In this document: piece after piece, positions 9,909-20,063 of the stretch
How the letters are laid out: each line of letters opens with the position of its first letter
How positions within the stretch are numbered: position 1 is the first letter of the stretch
Source of the DNA: an uncultured Planctomycetota bacterium
GTDB taxonomy: Bacteria > Planctomycetota > Planctomycetia > Isosphaerales > Isosphaeraceae
Assembly: GCA_963737655.1 (NCBI GenBank)
Contig: CAVTTN010000002.1
Location: forward strand, 5,472,001-5,536,000
Direction of reading: 5' to 3'
DNA length: 64,000 nucleotides
Notes under the pieces: model-generated
Told to the model about the DNA's origin: nothing
The model's input: the letters and a program-made list of their open reading frames with translations, nothing else
Databases searched by the model: none
Made by a program: the position numbers and the translations under genes

Positions 9909-12572
9909 TCAACGGGCCGGGCCCTTGCCGGACTGGTGTTCTTGTAGGGCCTTGAGGTCGATCGGGCTCTTCGGGTTGGCCGCCAGGACGCGTTGCTGGT
10001 GGCCGATCGCCTCCGAGAGGAGGGCGGAGGCGCGGGCCGCGTCGGGCTCGTGGCCGGCGAGGCGGCCGAGGACCCGGCCCATCAGGCTGTGGTATTCGGT
10101 GTTCCGGTCGTTGTCCTTCAGGAGGGCGCCCAGGAGGCCGCGGGCTTCGTTCAGGTCGGCGAGGGCATCGGCCTTGCGGTCGAGGAGGTCGAGCGTCTCG
10201 GAGCGTCGGAGGAGGACCTCGGCGAGCTCCCGGCGGAAGAAGGTGATCGAGGGCACCTGCGTCTGAAGGTCGCGGAGCCGGGCGACCGCCTGGGTCTGGT
10301 CCTCCAGGGCGGAGGCGCGACGGGCCGGGTCGGCCGAGGCGAACCGGGCGGGCCAGGCCAGGGCCTGGGCCAGACGGTACTGGCGGGCGAGGTCTCGGGG
10401 TTGTTCCTTCGATCGTCGTTCGGCCAGGGCCCGGGTTTTCTGGAAGACGGGGAGGGCGTCGGCCTCTCGGCCGGCTTCGGCGTGGAGGGCCCCGAGGAAC
10501 AAGAGGGCCTCGACCCACTCGTCGCCGTCGGTCACCAGGGCGTCGCCCAGCCCCTCGAACAGACGGGCCCCGTCGGCGGCGGGGGTTTCGGCCTCGCCCG
10601 GCCGTCCGGTCCGGAAGAGGGTGAAGGCCAGGTGGAGCGAGGCCCGGGCCCGGAGCCGGCGGACGTCCGGCGAGTCGCGGACCTCGGGCCGGAGGCGGTC
10701 GGCCACGGCGAGGATCTCGCGATACCGGGGCTCGGCGTCCCCCAGCTTCCCTTCGAGGAAATCCAGGGTCGCGAACTCGCCGAGGACCTCCGCCCGGGCG
10801 ACCTCCAGAGGAGTGGTGTCCCCGGGGTGGTTCCGTCGCAAGAAATCCAGGGGCAGGAGCGCGTCATTGAGGAGCGAGCGGGCCACGCCGATCTGGTCGG
10901 TGATCCTCCGGAGGTTCGCCAGCCGGCGATAGGTCCGCGAGACCTCGACCTGCATCGGGATGCTGGTCCGGCCGAGCTTCTTGAGCTCGCGGACGTGATT
11001 CTGGGCTCGGTTCGCGAACTTTTCGCGGGTGTTCTGGCCCTGGGCGTCTCGCCCCAGGTCGATCTCGGCGATGCCGAAGATCTCGTCCAGCAGCTTCGCG
11101 TCCTCTCGGGCGAGCGTCTCGATCTCGTTCCGGGCGTTGACGGCCTCCTGCCTCTTCTCCTCGGTCCGGCCCTTCTCCCGGTAGATCAGGGCCGAGCCGA
11201 TCCCCAGGGCGAGGACCGAGGCGACCAGCAGGACGATCGTCCCGGCCACGGCCGGCTGATGGTGCCGGGCCCATCGGGCGGCCCGGGCGGGCCACGGCTC
11301 GCGGAGGGCGGACACCGGCTCGTCGGCCAGCCATCGTCGGACCTCCTCGCCCACCTCCTTCGCCGTCTCGTACCGCCTCTCGGGCTGCGGGTCCATCGCC
11401 TTCAGGCAGATCGCCTCCAGGGCCGGCGGGATCGAGCCGTCCAGCGACCGCGGCGACGGCGGCCTCGCCTCGATCGCCAGGCGGATCACCTCCGCCGAGC
11501 TCCCGCCGTCGTACGGCGGCCTGCCGGTGAGGACCAGGTACAGAAGGGCGCCGAGGCCGAAGACGTCGCTTCGCTGGTTGATGCGCGGGCGGTCTCCGGC
11601 GGCCTGCTCCGGCGGCATGTAGTTGGGCGTGCCGATCGCCTGGCCCGGCTCGGTCGCCCCTCGCGTGGAGTCCGGCCCGCGGTCCTCGCCCGGCGCCGCC
11701 TCGGCCAGAGGGTCGTCGGGCCGGTCGAGCCGCTTGGCCAGGCCCCAGTCGAGCACCACCACCTCGCCATACGGCCCCAGCGCCACGTTCTGGCCCTTGA
11801 TGTCCCGGTGGATCACCCCCCGCGAGTGCGCGAACGCCACCGCGTTGCTGACCGCGACGAACGACTCGAGAAGGACGCGCAAACCGGCCTTCGTGGCCCC
11901 GGGGTCGAGCTTCCCGGCGTGGTGGTCGCGGACGGCGTCCTTGAGCGTCTTTTTGCCCAGGAGCCTCATGCTGTAGAACGGCCGTTCGGTCCACTCGGAC
12001 AGGTCGTGGACCGGGACGATGTTGGGGTGCTCCAGCGAGGCGGCGACCCGGGCTTCCTCGAGGAATCGGGCCTCCAGGCCGGGCGAGAGGGCGCGGTCGG
12101 GCCTCAGGTCCTTGACGGCGACCTCCCGGCCGAGGACCGAGTCCCACGCCCGCCAGACCCGGCCCAGGCCGCCTCCGGCGTGGAACACCGGATCGCGATA
12201 CCTGGAGCCGAACTCCTGGTCGTTCCCCCCGAGATCGCCCGCCCCCTCGGCGGCGTGGCCGTCGATCGTGGGGAGCTGCGACAGGGCGATGTCGCCGGAG
12301 TCGGACGGGTCGGGACGATCCTCGACCAGGCCGAGGCGGCCGTCTCCCCCGGGGGCGACCGTGCTTCGAGCGGCCCCGTTGGTCTCCTGGAGGGCGTGCT
12401 CGACGGTCGAGACCTCCTCGTCGGACAGCCATCGGTGCTCGGCGAGGACCTCGGCCAGCGTGCTCGACGGCCGGGACAGCCATTGCTCGACGGCCTCGGC
12501 CAGTTGGCTCGGGTCGATCAGCCCCTTCTTCAGCGCGAGCAGGCCGAAACGGAGGTTGCGGTCGGCGTCCAT
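9909..12572 (-). CDS. Hanks-type Ser/Thr protein kinase with TM helix and TPR-like C-terminus (kinase 1)
   Basis: GGLGRV, VAVK, HRDIKGQN, DWG, YMPPEQ, SDVFGLG; TM VAGTIVLLVASVLALGIG; helical repeats. Confidence 0.93.
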   Translation of the reverse strand: MDADRNLRFGLLALKKGLIDPSQLAEAVEQWLSRPSSTLAEVLAEHRWLSDEEVSTVEHALQETNGAARSTVAPGGDGRLGLVEDRPDPSDSGDIALSQLPTIDGHAAEGAGDLGGNDQEFGSRYRDPVFHAGGGLGRVWRAWDSVLGREVAVKDLRPDRALSPGLEARFLEEARVAASLEHPNIVPVHDLSEWTERPFYSMRLLGKKTLKDAVRDHHAGKLDPGATKAGLRVLLESFVAVSNAVAFAHSRGVIHRDIKGQNVALGPYGEVVVLDWGLAKRLDRPDDPLAEAAPGEDRGPDSTRGATEPGQAIGTPNYMPPEQAAGDRPRINQRSDVFGLGALLYLVLTGRPPYDGGSSAEVIRLAIEARPPSPRSLDGSIPPALEAICLKAMDPQPERRYETAKEVGEEVRRWLADEPVSALREPWPARAARWARHHQPAVAGTIVLLVASVLALGIGSALIYREKGRTEEKRQEAVNARNEIETLAREDAKLLDEIFGIAEIDLGRDAQGQNTREKFANRAQNHVRELKKLGRTSIPMQVEVSRTYRRLANLRRITDQIGVARSLLNDALLPLDFLRRNHPGDTTPLEVARAEVLGEFATLDFLEGKLGDAEPRYREILAVADRLRPEVRDSPDVRRLRARASLHLAFTLFRTGRPGEAETPAADGARLFEGLGDALVTDGDEWVEALLFLGALHAEAGREADALPVFQKTRALAERRSKEQPRDLARQYRLAQALAWPARFASADPARRASALEDQTQAVARLRDLQTQVPSITFFRRELAEVLLRRSETLDLLDRKADALADLNEARGLLGALLKDNDRNTEYHSLMGRVLGRLAGHEPDAARASALLSEAIGHQQRVLAANPKSPIDLKALQEHQSGKGPAR

Positions 12573-12783
12573 CGTCGGCTCCCACCGGCCCCAAACGGGT
12601 CTCGATCCGATCGCGGAGGTTACGAGAGTAAACGAGCCGACGCTCCGCCGCAATCGGCAGAAAACGGCCGAATTTCCTTGATTCGGGCGAGGCGCAGCCC
12701 TTACGGTAGTTTCGGGCGGCGACGAGGCCGCCCGCGCTTCGAGTTCCAGTGAGATCGAGCAACCGATTGACCGGGAGGGTCCC

Positions 12784-13542
12784 ATGCCAGCGCCGGGTGT
12801 GTATTACTTCGTCGTGAGGAATGGGTGTCTGCTCGCCAGCGAGACGGGCCGCGAGAACCCGATCGTAATCTATGGACATGGGTTCGACCCGGTCTCCGCC
12901 CATTTCAAGGTCCACGGCGAAGGGATCGACTTCCACGACTTCAAGGCCCTCGTGGTCACCGACGCGGAGTTCCACGGGTCGTTCGTAGCCCAGATCTGCA
13001 AGGGCGAGAATCTCCCGGCCTCGGTGAGTCTGAAGGTGTGGGTCTCCAACGGCCACGGCCAACGGAGCCAGGATACCGACGTCGTCGCCCTGCACGACGC
13101 CGCCGCCTCTCCGTCGGACGGGGAGTTCGATGAGGACGGCCCCGAGTCCGTCGGGCGGAGGCCGCAGGACCGCCGGCGCGTCGTCACGAACCCCTGTACC
13201 GTCACGTTCTCCATGCCCCCCTCAGACCAGATCGTCTACGGGACCGACGCGACCCCGCAGGACAATAACATCCGCATCGAAGGCGAGAACTTCCAGTCCA
13301 CGGACACGTTCACCTGCTCTTCGTTGGTCGCCAACCTGAGTGCACCGAAGGTCACCTCGAACGACGGTTACACGATCATGGGTAAGTTCAAGGCGGGCTC
13401 GGGGTACGGCAGCGGCGACATGACGGTGACGGTCACCAACTGCAACACGGCGGTCCGCCACGGCGTTTCCACCAGGGCCGCACAAACCCAGCTTTCCTCC
13501 GAGGAGGAGATCCTCGTGGTCGAGGTTGAGGACGGCCGTTGA
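12784..13542 (+). CDS. Two-domain IPT/TIG-like protein E
   Basis: IVIYGHGF..LKVWVSN and IRIEGENF..GDMTVTVTN repeats; GGGAGG RBS. Confidence 0.65.
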   Translation: MPAPGVYYFVVRNGCLLASETGRENPIVIYGHGFDPVSAHFKVHGEGIDFHDFKALVVTDAEFHGSFVAQICKGENLPASVSLKVWVSNGHGQRSQDTDVVALHDAAASPSDGEFDEDGPESVGRRPQDRRRVVTNPCTVTFSMPPSDQIVYGTDATPQDNNIRIEGENFQSTDTFTCSSLVANLSAPKVTSNDGYTIMGKFKAGSGYGSGDMTVTVTNCNTAVRHGVSTRAAQTQLSSEEEILVVEVEDGR

Positions 13543-13581
13543 AGACGCTCCCCCGGACCCCTTCCCGCGAGGTTCCCACCC

Positions 13582-14316
13582 ATGCCCGCGCCTGTCGTTA
13601 GCGGTTTCACGGTCAACTCCGGGACGCTGGTCGCCTCGCCGACCGGATCGACCAACACGATCACGATCTTCGGGTCGAATTTCGACCTGGCGGACTCGAC
13701 GTTCAAGCTCACCGGAGGGGGCGTCGCGTTCTCGGGCTACGTCGTCACGTCCCGGACGGCGATGCAGATCAAGGGCACGTTCCTGGCCTCGGTGGCGTCG
13801 TCGCCGTCGCCGTCGCCGGGCTTCCTGATGGGGACGAGCTCGGATGCCGACCTGGTGGTGACCGTCACCAACGGGTCGAGCAGCCTGGACCAGCCCACCC
13901 CGGTGGCGGTGCCGACGGTCCACCCGGTCTTCCCGGAGGACGAAGTTTATCCCAGGGTGGCCGGGGGCAGTCCCGGCAACTCGTTCTCCCTGAACGGGGC
14001 CGTCCCCCCGGCCACGGGGACGCTCAATTATTCGACCATGGCCCCGGCGGCGAATAACTCGGTGACGATCACCGGCTCGGGCTTCGGCGCGTCGCCGGGC
14101 GGTTCGCTGTCGTGCTCGGCCGGCGGGTTCACGTTCTCGACGCCGGCGGTCGCATCGTGGTCCGATACCCAGATCCGCGCGAGCTTCACGGCGATGAAGG
14201 CCGGGCCGAACGAGTACAACGACTCCGACCTGACGATCACGGTCACCAACGGCGCGGGCATCCCGATCCTGGAGCAGGTCCCGACGAAGCTGGTCAACCC
14301 GCCGGGCAATGCCTGA
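13582..14316 (+). CDS. Two-domain IPT/TIG-like protein F
   Basis: PVVSGF..ITIFGSNF..DLVVTVTN and VTITGSGFG..SWSDTQI..DLTITVTN (classic IPT signatures). Confidence 0.75.
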   Translation: MPAPVVSGFTVNSGTLVASPTGSTNTITIFGSNFDLADSTFKLTGGGVAFSGYVVTSRTAMQIKGTFLASVASSPSPSPGFLMGTSSDADLVVTVTNGSSSLDQPTPVAVPTVHPVFPEDEVYPRVAGGSPGNSFSLNGAVPPATGTLNYSTMAPAANNSVTITGSGFGASPGGSLSCSAGGFTFSTPAVASWSDTQIRASFTAMKAGPNEYNDSDLTITVTNGAGIPILEQVPTKLVNPPGNA

Positions 14317-14331
14317 AGTCCGCCGCGGGGT

Positions 14332-16964
14332 TCATGGACCCGGCGGCGTCGGCCCGAGGCGGCGGAGGTCTTCCTCGATCCTCTGGGCGGTGGCGCGGTC
14401 CTCGGGGTCGGCCGGCTGGAGTTGGAGGGCCTTCGCCTCCTGGAGCCAGGCGGAGGCGCGATCGGTCCGGTGGAGGTCCAGGGCCAGGCGGGCCCGGGCC
14501 TCCAGGGCCCGGGCGAGCTCGCCGTCGAGGGTGCGGACCTTGGGGAAACGAACGCGGAGGTCCTTCAGCATCTCGGCCTCTCGGCGGAACTCGTCGTCGG
14601 CCGCCTCGGGCTGGCCCGAGTCGATCAAGAGCCGGCCCTTGTCGTCGTGGGCCTGGGCCAGGTTCAGGCGGAAGTGGATCACCTGCGGCCTGTCCTCGAC
14701 GATCGCGGCGATCTCCCCGATCGCCCGGTCGAACAGTCCGCTCGCCTCGGCCCGGGAGGCCGGCTGAAGGGCCAGGGCCCGGCCGAGCTCCACTCGGGAC
14801 ATGGCCAGGAGGAACCGGACGTCCACGCCCGGGGCGCCCCGGGCCGCCTCGGACTCCGCCCAGGCCAGGGCGCGGCGGAGCATCCTGGCCGAGTCGTCGA
14901 GCCGGCCCTCGGAACGGTAGATCGCGCCCCTCTCCTTCAGGCTCAGGGCGGCCACGAGCCGATAGGGCCTGTCCGGGGAGTCCAGGTCCGGCAGGAGCCG
15001 CTCCAGGGCCTGGTCCATCAGGGCACCGGCCTCGGCGGCGCGGCCCTGGCGAGTGAGCAGGCTGGCCCGGTGGGCCAGGATCCGCCCCTCGGTCCGGCGG
15101 TAGTTGGGTTCGTCGGGGATGAACCGCCGGAGCTCGCCGATGATCGCGCCGGCCTGGCGATACTCCTCGGCGGCGGCGGCGCGATCGCCTTTGCGGTCCC
15201 ACATCGTGCCGAACTCCAGGTGGAGCTCGGCCAGGCGGTCGCGGTCCCCGGGGGTCATCTGGTCCTCCGGGGCGATCTCCCTGGCCAGCCGGATGGCCTC
15301 GAAGTAGTCGATCCGGGCGAGGTCGAACTCGAAGGTCATCCGGTGGAGGTTCCCGGCTTCGAGGAAGAAGTTCAGGGCGACCTTCTTGACCCGGGCATCC
15401 TCGTCATTGAGCTGCGTCAGGGCCTTGCCGACCCGGGCGAGCCGGTTGGCGACCTGGGTGCGGACGCCCTCGGCGTCGGGCAGCAGAGGCAAGTTCTCGC
15501 GGAGCAGGCCGAGCGTCTCGGACAGGCCATCGAGCGAGGAGTGGAGGGTGCCCACGGCGGCCTTGCGGGACTCGTCCGCCCGGTAAGCCGCGTCGCTGGC
15601 CTTCTGCGTCTCCAGGCCGAGCCGCCAGGCCCCCAGGGCCAGGGCGACCGTCGCCGTGATCAGGATGGCCGTGCTCCCGGCCATCATCGACTGGTGATGC
15701 CTCGCCCACCGCGCCGCCCTGTCGATCATCCGGCCCGGGTACGCTTCGACCGGCTCGTCGGCCAGCCATCGTCGGACCTCCTCGCCCACCTCCTTCGCCG
15801 TCTCGTACCGCCTCTCGGGCTGCGGGTCCATCGCCTTCAGGCAGATCGCCTCCAGGGCCGGCGGGATCGAGCCGTCCAGCGACCGCGGCGACGGCGGCCT
15901 CGCCTCGATCGCCAGGCGGATCACCTCCGCCGAGCTCCCGCCGTCGTACGGCGGCCTGCCGGTGAGGACCAGGTACAGAAGGGCCCCCAGGCCGAAGACG
16001 TCGCTTCGCTCGCCGATCCGCGGGCGGTCTCCGGCGGCCTGCTCCGGCGGCATGTAGTTGGGCGTGCCGATCGCCTGGCCCGGCTCGGTCGCCCCTCGCG
16101 TGGAGTCCGGCCCGCGGTCCTCGCCCGGCGCCGCCTCGGCCAGAGGGTCGTCGGGCCGGTCGAGCCGCTTGGCCAGGCCCCAGTCGAGCACGACCACCTC
16201 GCCATACGGCCCCAACGCCACGTTCTGGCCCTTGATGTCCCGGTGGATCACCCCCCGCGAGTGCGCGAACGCCACCGCGTTGCTGACCGCGACGAACGAC
16301 TCGAGCAACGCCCGGAGCCCCTTCGCCGAGCGCCCCCGCCGTCCTTGCGGTGGTGGTCGCGGACGGCGTCCTTGAGCGTCCGGTCCCCCAGGAGCCTCAT
16401 GCTGTAGAACGGCCGTTCGGTCCACTCGGACAGGTCGTGGACCGGGACGATGTTGGGGTGCTCCAGTCCCGCCGTCACCCGGGCTTCCTCCAGGAATCGG
16501 GCCGCCAGGCCGGGGGTGAAGGCGCGTTCGGGCCGGAGGTCTTTCAGGGCGACCTCCCGGCCGAGGACCGAGTCCCACGCCCGCCAGACCCGGCCGAGCC
16601 CTCCGCAGGCGTGGAGCCTCAGGTCGCGATAGCGCGAGCCGAAGCCCCGGCCGTCGGCCTCGTCGTCCAGGCCGGCGGCGACCGCCGACCCGCCCGAGGG
16701 AGACCAGTCCTTCGTGGATAACTCCGAGGGGGAGTCGGCCCGGGACGAGTCGTCGGGATGGGTGGATCGGCCCTCGTCGTCGAGCTCATGCTCCACGGTC
16801 GAGACCTCCTCGTCGCTCAGCCAGCCGCGATCCCCAAGGACCTGGGCGAGCGGTCGCTCCGGGCAGGCCAGCCAGTCCTCTCCGGCCTCGACCAGTTGTC
16901 CCGGATCGATCAGGCCCCGGCGGACGGCCATCAGGCCGAATCGGAAGTTGCGGTCGGCGTCCAT
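14332..16964 (-). CDS. Ser/Thr protein kinase with TM and TPR-like C-terminus (kinase 2; frameshift near 16335)
   Basis: MDADRN start as in kinase 1; N-lobe in ORF 16248-16964, HRDIKGQN/DWG and TPR region in ORF 14332-16578. Confidence 0.9.
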
Positions 16965-17454
16965 CGTCGGCTCCCGGGGCGGTCTCGGGGGAAGGCCGGG
17001 CGGGATCGGCTTTCACCCCGTCGGCGACGTCCCCGCCAACCAGGATAACCGTCGCAGGCCGCCGGACGGAGGAGAAAGTCGGAACGGATTGGGGCCGATC
17101 GGGCACTGACCCTGGATTCCGGAGATCGGCGCGACGGGAAGCCGCATGGAGGATGCCGCCGTCCTCGAACCGGCGAGGCGAAGAGGCCCTCTCGATCGCC
17201 CCCCGGGCCTCTTGCGGCTCCGCCACCCCGGTCCTCGACCCGGGGGAGCCGAATCGAGGCGACCCCGGAACGAAATCGCCAGAATCCCGGGCCCGACCCG
17301 GGGCGATTCGACGATTCCCCGGAGAGACCGCCCGATTGACCGCGCGGAACGGGTGCCGTACATTCCAGTTCCTGCCTCGCGACGATGGATCTGATCCTCC
17401 GCCTCGCGTCGTTCCGCGTCCTGCCGCCTCGCTCCCCAGAGGAGTCTACCCCTC

Positions 17455-18732
17455 ATGACGGGTCCCAATCGTCGGACGTTCCTCGCCAGCGCCGGCTCGG
17501 GGGCCGCGGCCCTGGCGCTGCCCTCGCTGGCCCGAGCTTCCGTCGGGCCGAATGACCGGATTCACGTCGCCGTCCTGGGCATCCGCAGCCGGGGGCAGTC
17601 GCACATCGACGCCTTCACCAAGCACAAGGAGACCGCCGTCGTCGCCCTGGTCGACCCGGACAGCCGCCTCTTCGCCGGGTCGAGCAAGAAGGTCGAGGAC
17701 CGCTCGGGCAAGGCCCCTCAGCTCGTCTCGGACCTCCGGCGGATCATGGACGACAAGGCCATCGACGTCGTCTCGATCGCCACGCCCAACCACTGGCACG
17801 CGCTGGCCTCCGTCTGGGCGATCCAGGCCGGCAAGGATGTTTACGTGGAGAAGCCGGTCAGTCATAACGTCAGCGAGGGGCGGAAGATCGCCGACGCCGC
17901 GAAGACGCACAACCGGATCGTCCAGGCCGGGACGCAGAACCGCTCGTCCGAGGGCGTGAAGTCGGCGATGGAGTTCCTCCACTCGGGCAAGCTCGGCAAG
18001 GTCTACCTGGCCAAGGGCCTCTGCTACAAGAGGCGCGACTCGATCGGCCACAAGGCGGATGCGCCGGTGCCCGAGGGGGTCGATTACAACGTCTGGCTCG
18101 GCCCCGCGCCGGAGAAGCCGTTCAACCCGAACCGCTTCCACTACGAATGGCACTGGAACTGGGACTACGGCGGGGGGGACATCGCCAACCAGGGCATCCA
18201 CCAGATGGACCTCGCCCGCTGGGGCCTGAACAAGGGGCTGCCCGACCACATCGTCTCCTCGGGCGGCCGATACGGCTACCAGGACGACGGCGAGACGCCC
18301 AACACGCAGGTCGCCGCGTTCAAGTACGACGATTGCCTCCTGGAATTCGAGGTCCGCGGCCTGCCCACCAACGCCGAATCCGGCGTGAAGGTCGGCAACC
18401 TGTTCTACGGGACAGAAGGCGTGCTCGTCCTGAACGAAGGCAAGTGGGAGACATTCCTCGGCCACAAGAACGAGCCCGGACCCAAAGGCCAGGGCCACGG
18501 AGGCGGCGACCACTTCGCCAACTTCATCGAGGCCGTCAAGGCGCGAGACCCGAAAAAGCTAAACGCGGAGGTCGTCGAGGGGCACCTCTCCAGCGCCCTC
18601 TGCCACCTCGCGAACATCTCCTACCGCCTCGGCCGCGCCCTGAAGTTCGACCCCAAGGCCGAAAACTTCGGCGGAGACTCTGAGGCGAACGCCATGCTGA
18701 CCCGAGAATATCGGTCGCCGTTCGCGATGTAG
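17455..18732 (+). CDS. Gfo/Idh/MocA oxidoreductase, Tat-exported
   Basis: NRRTFL Tat motif; IATPNHWH, GKDVYVEKP, GIHQMD. Confidence 0.92.
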   Translation: MTGPNRRTFLASAGSGAAALALPSLARASVGPNDRIHVAVLGIRSRGQSHIDAFTKHKETAVVALVDPDSRLFAGSSKKVEDRSGKAPQLVSDLRRIMDDKAIDVVSIATPNHWHALASVWAIQAGKDVYVEKPVSHNVSEGRKIADAAKTHNRIVQAGTQNRSSEGVKSAMEFLHSGKLGKVYLAKGLCYKRRDSIGHKADAPVPEGVDYNVWLGPAPEKPFNPNRFHYEWHWNWDYGGGDIANQGIHQMDLARWGLNKGLPDHIVSSGGRYGYQDDGETPNTQVAAFKYDDCLLEFEVRGLPTNAESGVKVGNLFYGTEGVLVLNEGKWETFLGHKNEPGPKGQGHGGGDHFANFIEAVKARDPKKLNAEVVEGHLSSALCHLANISYRLGRALKFDPKAENFGGDSEANAMLTREYRSPFAM

Positions 18733-18898
18733 GGTGCATGAAATGCACCACCCACAATGCGGCGGGCCTCGCCCGCCTCCCGCTCTCGACCACGCCTCAT
18801 AAGGGCCATTCTGGAGCAAGGTAGGCGGGCGAGGCCCGCCGCATTGTGGGTGGTGCATTTCATGCACCCTACACGACGGTGCATTTCATGCACCCTGC
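18729..18898. repeat. REP triplet (doublet plus extra reverse unit), GTAGGGTGCATGAAATGCACC family
   Basis: Units at 18729, 18852-18872 and 18878-18898. Confidence 0.9.
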
Positions 18899-18899
18899 A

Positions 18900-19940
18900 T
18901 CACTTCTTCGCCCAGGGGCTTTGCGGATAGAGCTGCTTGAGCCGCTCGTGGACCTCGGCGGCCCGGCCGTCCTGCTTGATCTCGGTGAAGAGCTGCTCGA
19001 TCATGGCCAGGGCCCGGGGGTGCTGCTCCTTGTCCTTATCGAAGAGGACGTCGGTCTTCAGGTAGGCGAGGAGGGCGTCTTTCCTCCGGCCGGCGGCCCG
19101 GTAGCAATCGCCCAGGGTGTTGTGGGCGAGGGCCTGGACGTCGGCGGCCTCGGGCGGGGCCTCCTTGATGACCTCCTGGACGTTCGCCAGGGCGTCGTCG
19201 TACTTCTTCTGCATGACGAGCGCCTCGGCCTTGGCGAGCTTGGCCTCGCGGGCCTGGGCCGAGCCCTTGGGGGCGGTCAGCAAGATCTTGTCGAGCCCGG
19301 CGATGGCCAGGTCGGGCTTGCCCGACTTCGCCTGGACCCTCGCCTTCAGGACTCCGACCCGGCCCGAGGCGGTCGTGACCTTCTCCGAAAGCTGAGAGAG
19401 GGCGGCGTCGGCCTTCGCGGTCTCCCCTTTCTGGAGGCTCAGGCGGATGATGAGCTCCAGGGCCGGGCCGAGCTGGCGGGCGTTCGGGGCGGACTTGACG
19501 AAGGCGTCGAGCTCCTCCAGGGCCGAGGCCGCCTTGGTCGGGTCGGCCAGCGCCTCCTCGGCCAGGATGTTCGCCCTCTTGAACCGGGCGGACTGGGCGA
19601 TGTAGGGCTTGGTGGCGGCCTCGGTGGCGGCCTTCTTGTAGAGGTCGGCGGCGTCCTTGAGCTGGCCGTTGTTCTCGCGGGTCTCGGCCAGGGCGTAGCT
19701 CGGCGGGGCGCCGTCATAGGTCACGTCGGCGATCTGATCGACGGGGACGAGCTGATCGGCGCCGACGGCCGGCTTGATCTTCACCTCGGCGGGGGTCTCC
19801 GTGGAGATCTGCCCGCGGATTCGCCCGCCTGCGGCCTTGACGGTGGAATTGGGGATCAGCACGATTTCATCGGCCAGCGCGAGGGTCGAGAGGCCGACGG
19901 TCAGGCCGAGGGACAGGCACGCGGCGGTTCGCCGAGTCAT
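18900..19940 (-). CDS. Secreted TPR-like protein
   Basis: Signal peptide (..TLALA-DE); helical repeats, AHNTLGDCY..ALLAYL. Confidence 0.8.
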   Translation of the reverse strand: MTRRTAACLSLGLTVGLSTLALADEIVLIPNSTVKAAGGRIRGQISTETPAEVKIKPAVGADQLVPVDQIADVTYDGAPPSYALAETRENNGQLKDAADLYKKAATEAATKPYIAQSARFKRANILAEEALADPTKAASALEELDAFVKSAPNARQLGPALELIIRLSLQKGETAKADAALSQLSEKVTTASGRVGVLKARVQAKSGKPDLAIAGLDKILLTAPKGSAQAREAKLAKAEALVMQKKYDDALANVQEVIKEAPPEAADVQALAHNTLGDCYRAAGRRKDALLAYLKTDVLFDKDKEQHPRALAMIEQLFTEIKQDGRAAEVHERLKQLYPQSPWAKK

Positions 19941-19995
19941 GACGGGGGGTCCTTGGGTCGGTTTTTCGGGCGAGGCCGGTCCTCGCCGAGTTCCA

Positions 19996-20026
19996 CCCTC
20001 TCCCCCGAAGCAAGCGGGGGAGAGGG
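19996..20026. repeat. CCCTCTCCCCCG...CGGGGGAGAGGG palindromic repeat
   Basis: Same hairpin at 28026 (both followed by CGTC(C)AGAAGC) and at 23685. Confidence 0.7.
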
Positions 20027-20063
20027 CGTCCAGAAGCCGATTCCGCGGCGGGTGAGGCCCGCG

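Noticed and set aside
8261..16964. Diversity-generating retroelement or RiPP cluster explaining the small variable genes
   Set aside because: No reverse transcriptase, no adenine-specific template/variable repeat pair, and no leader-core precursors or modifying enzymes.
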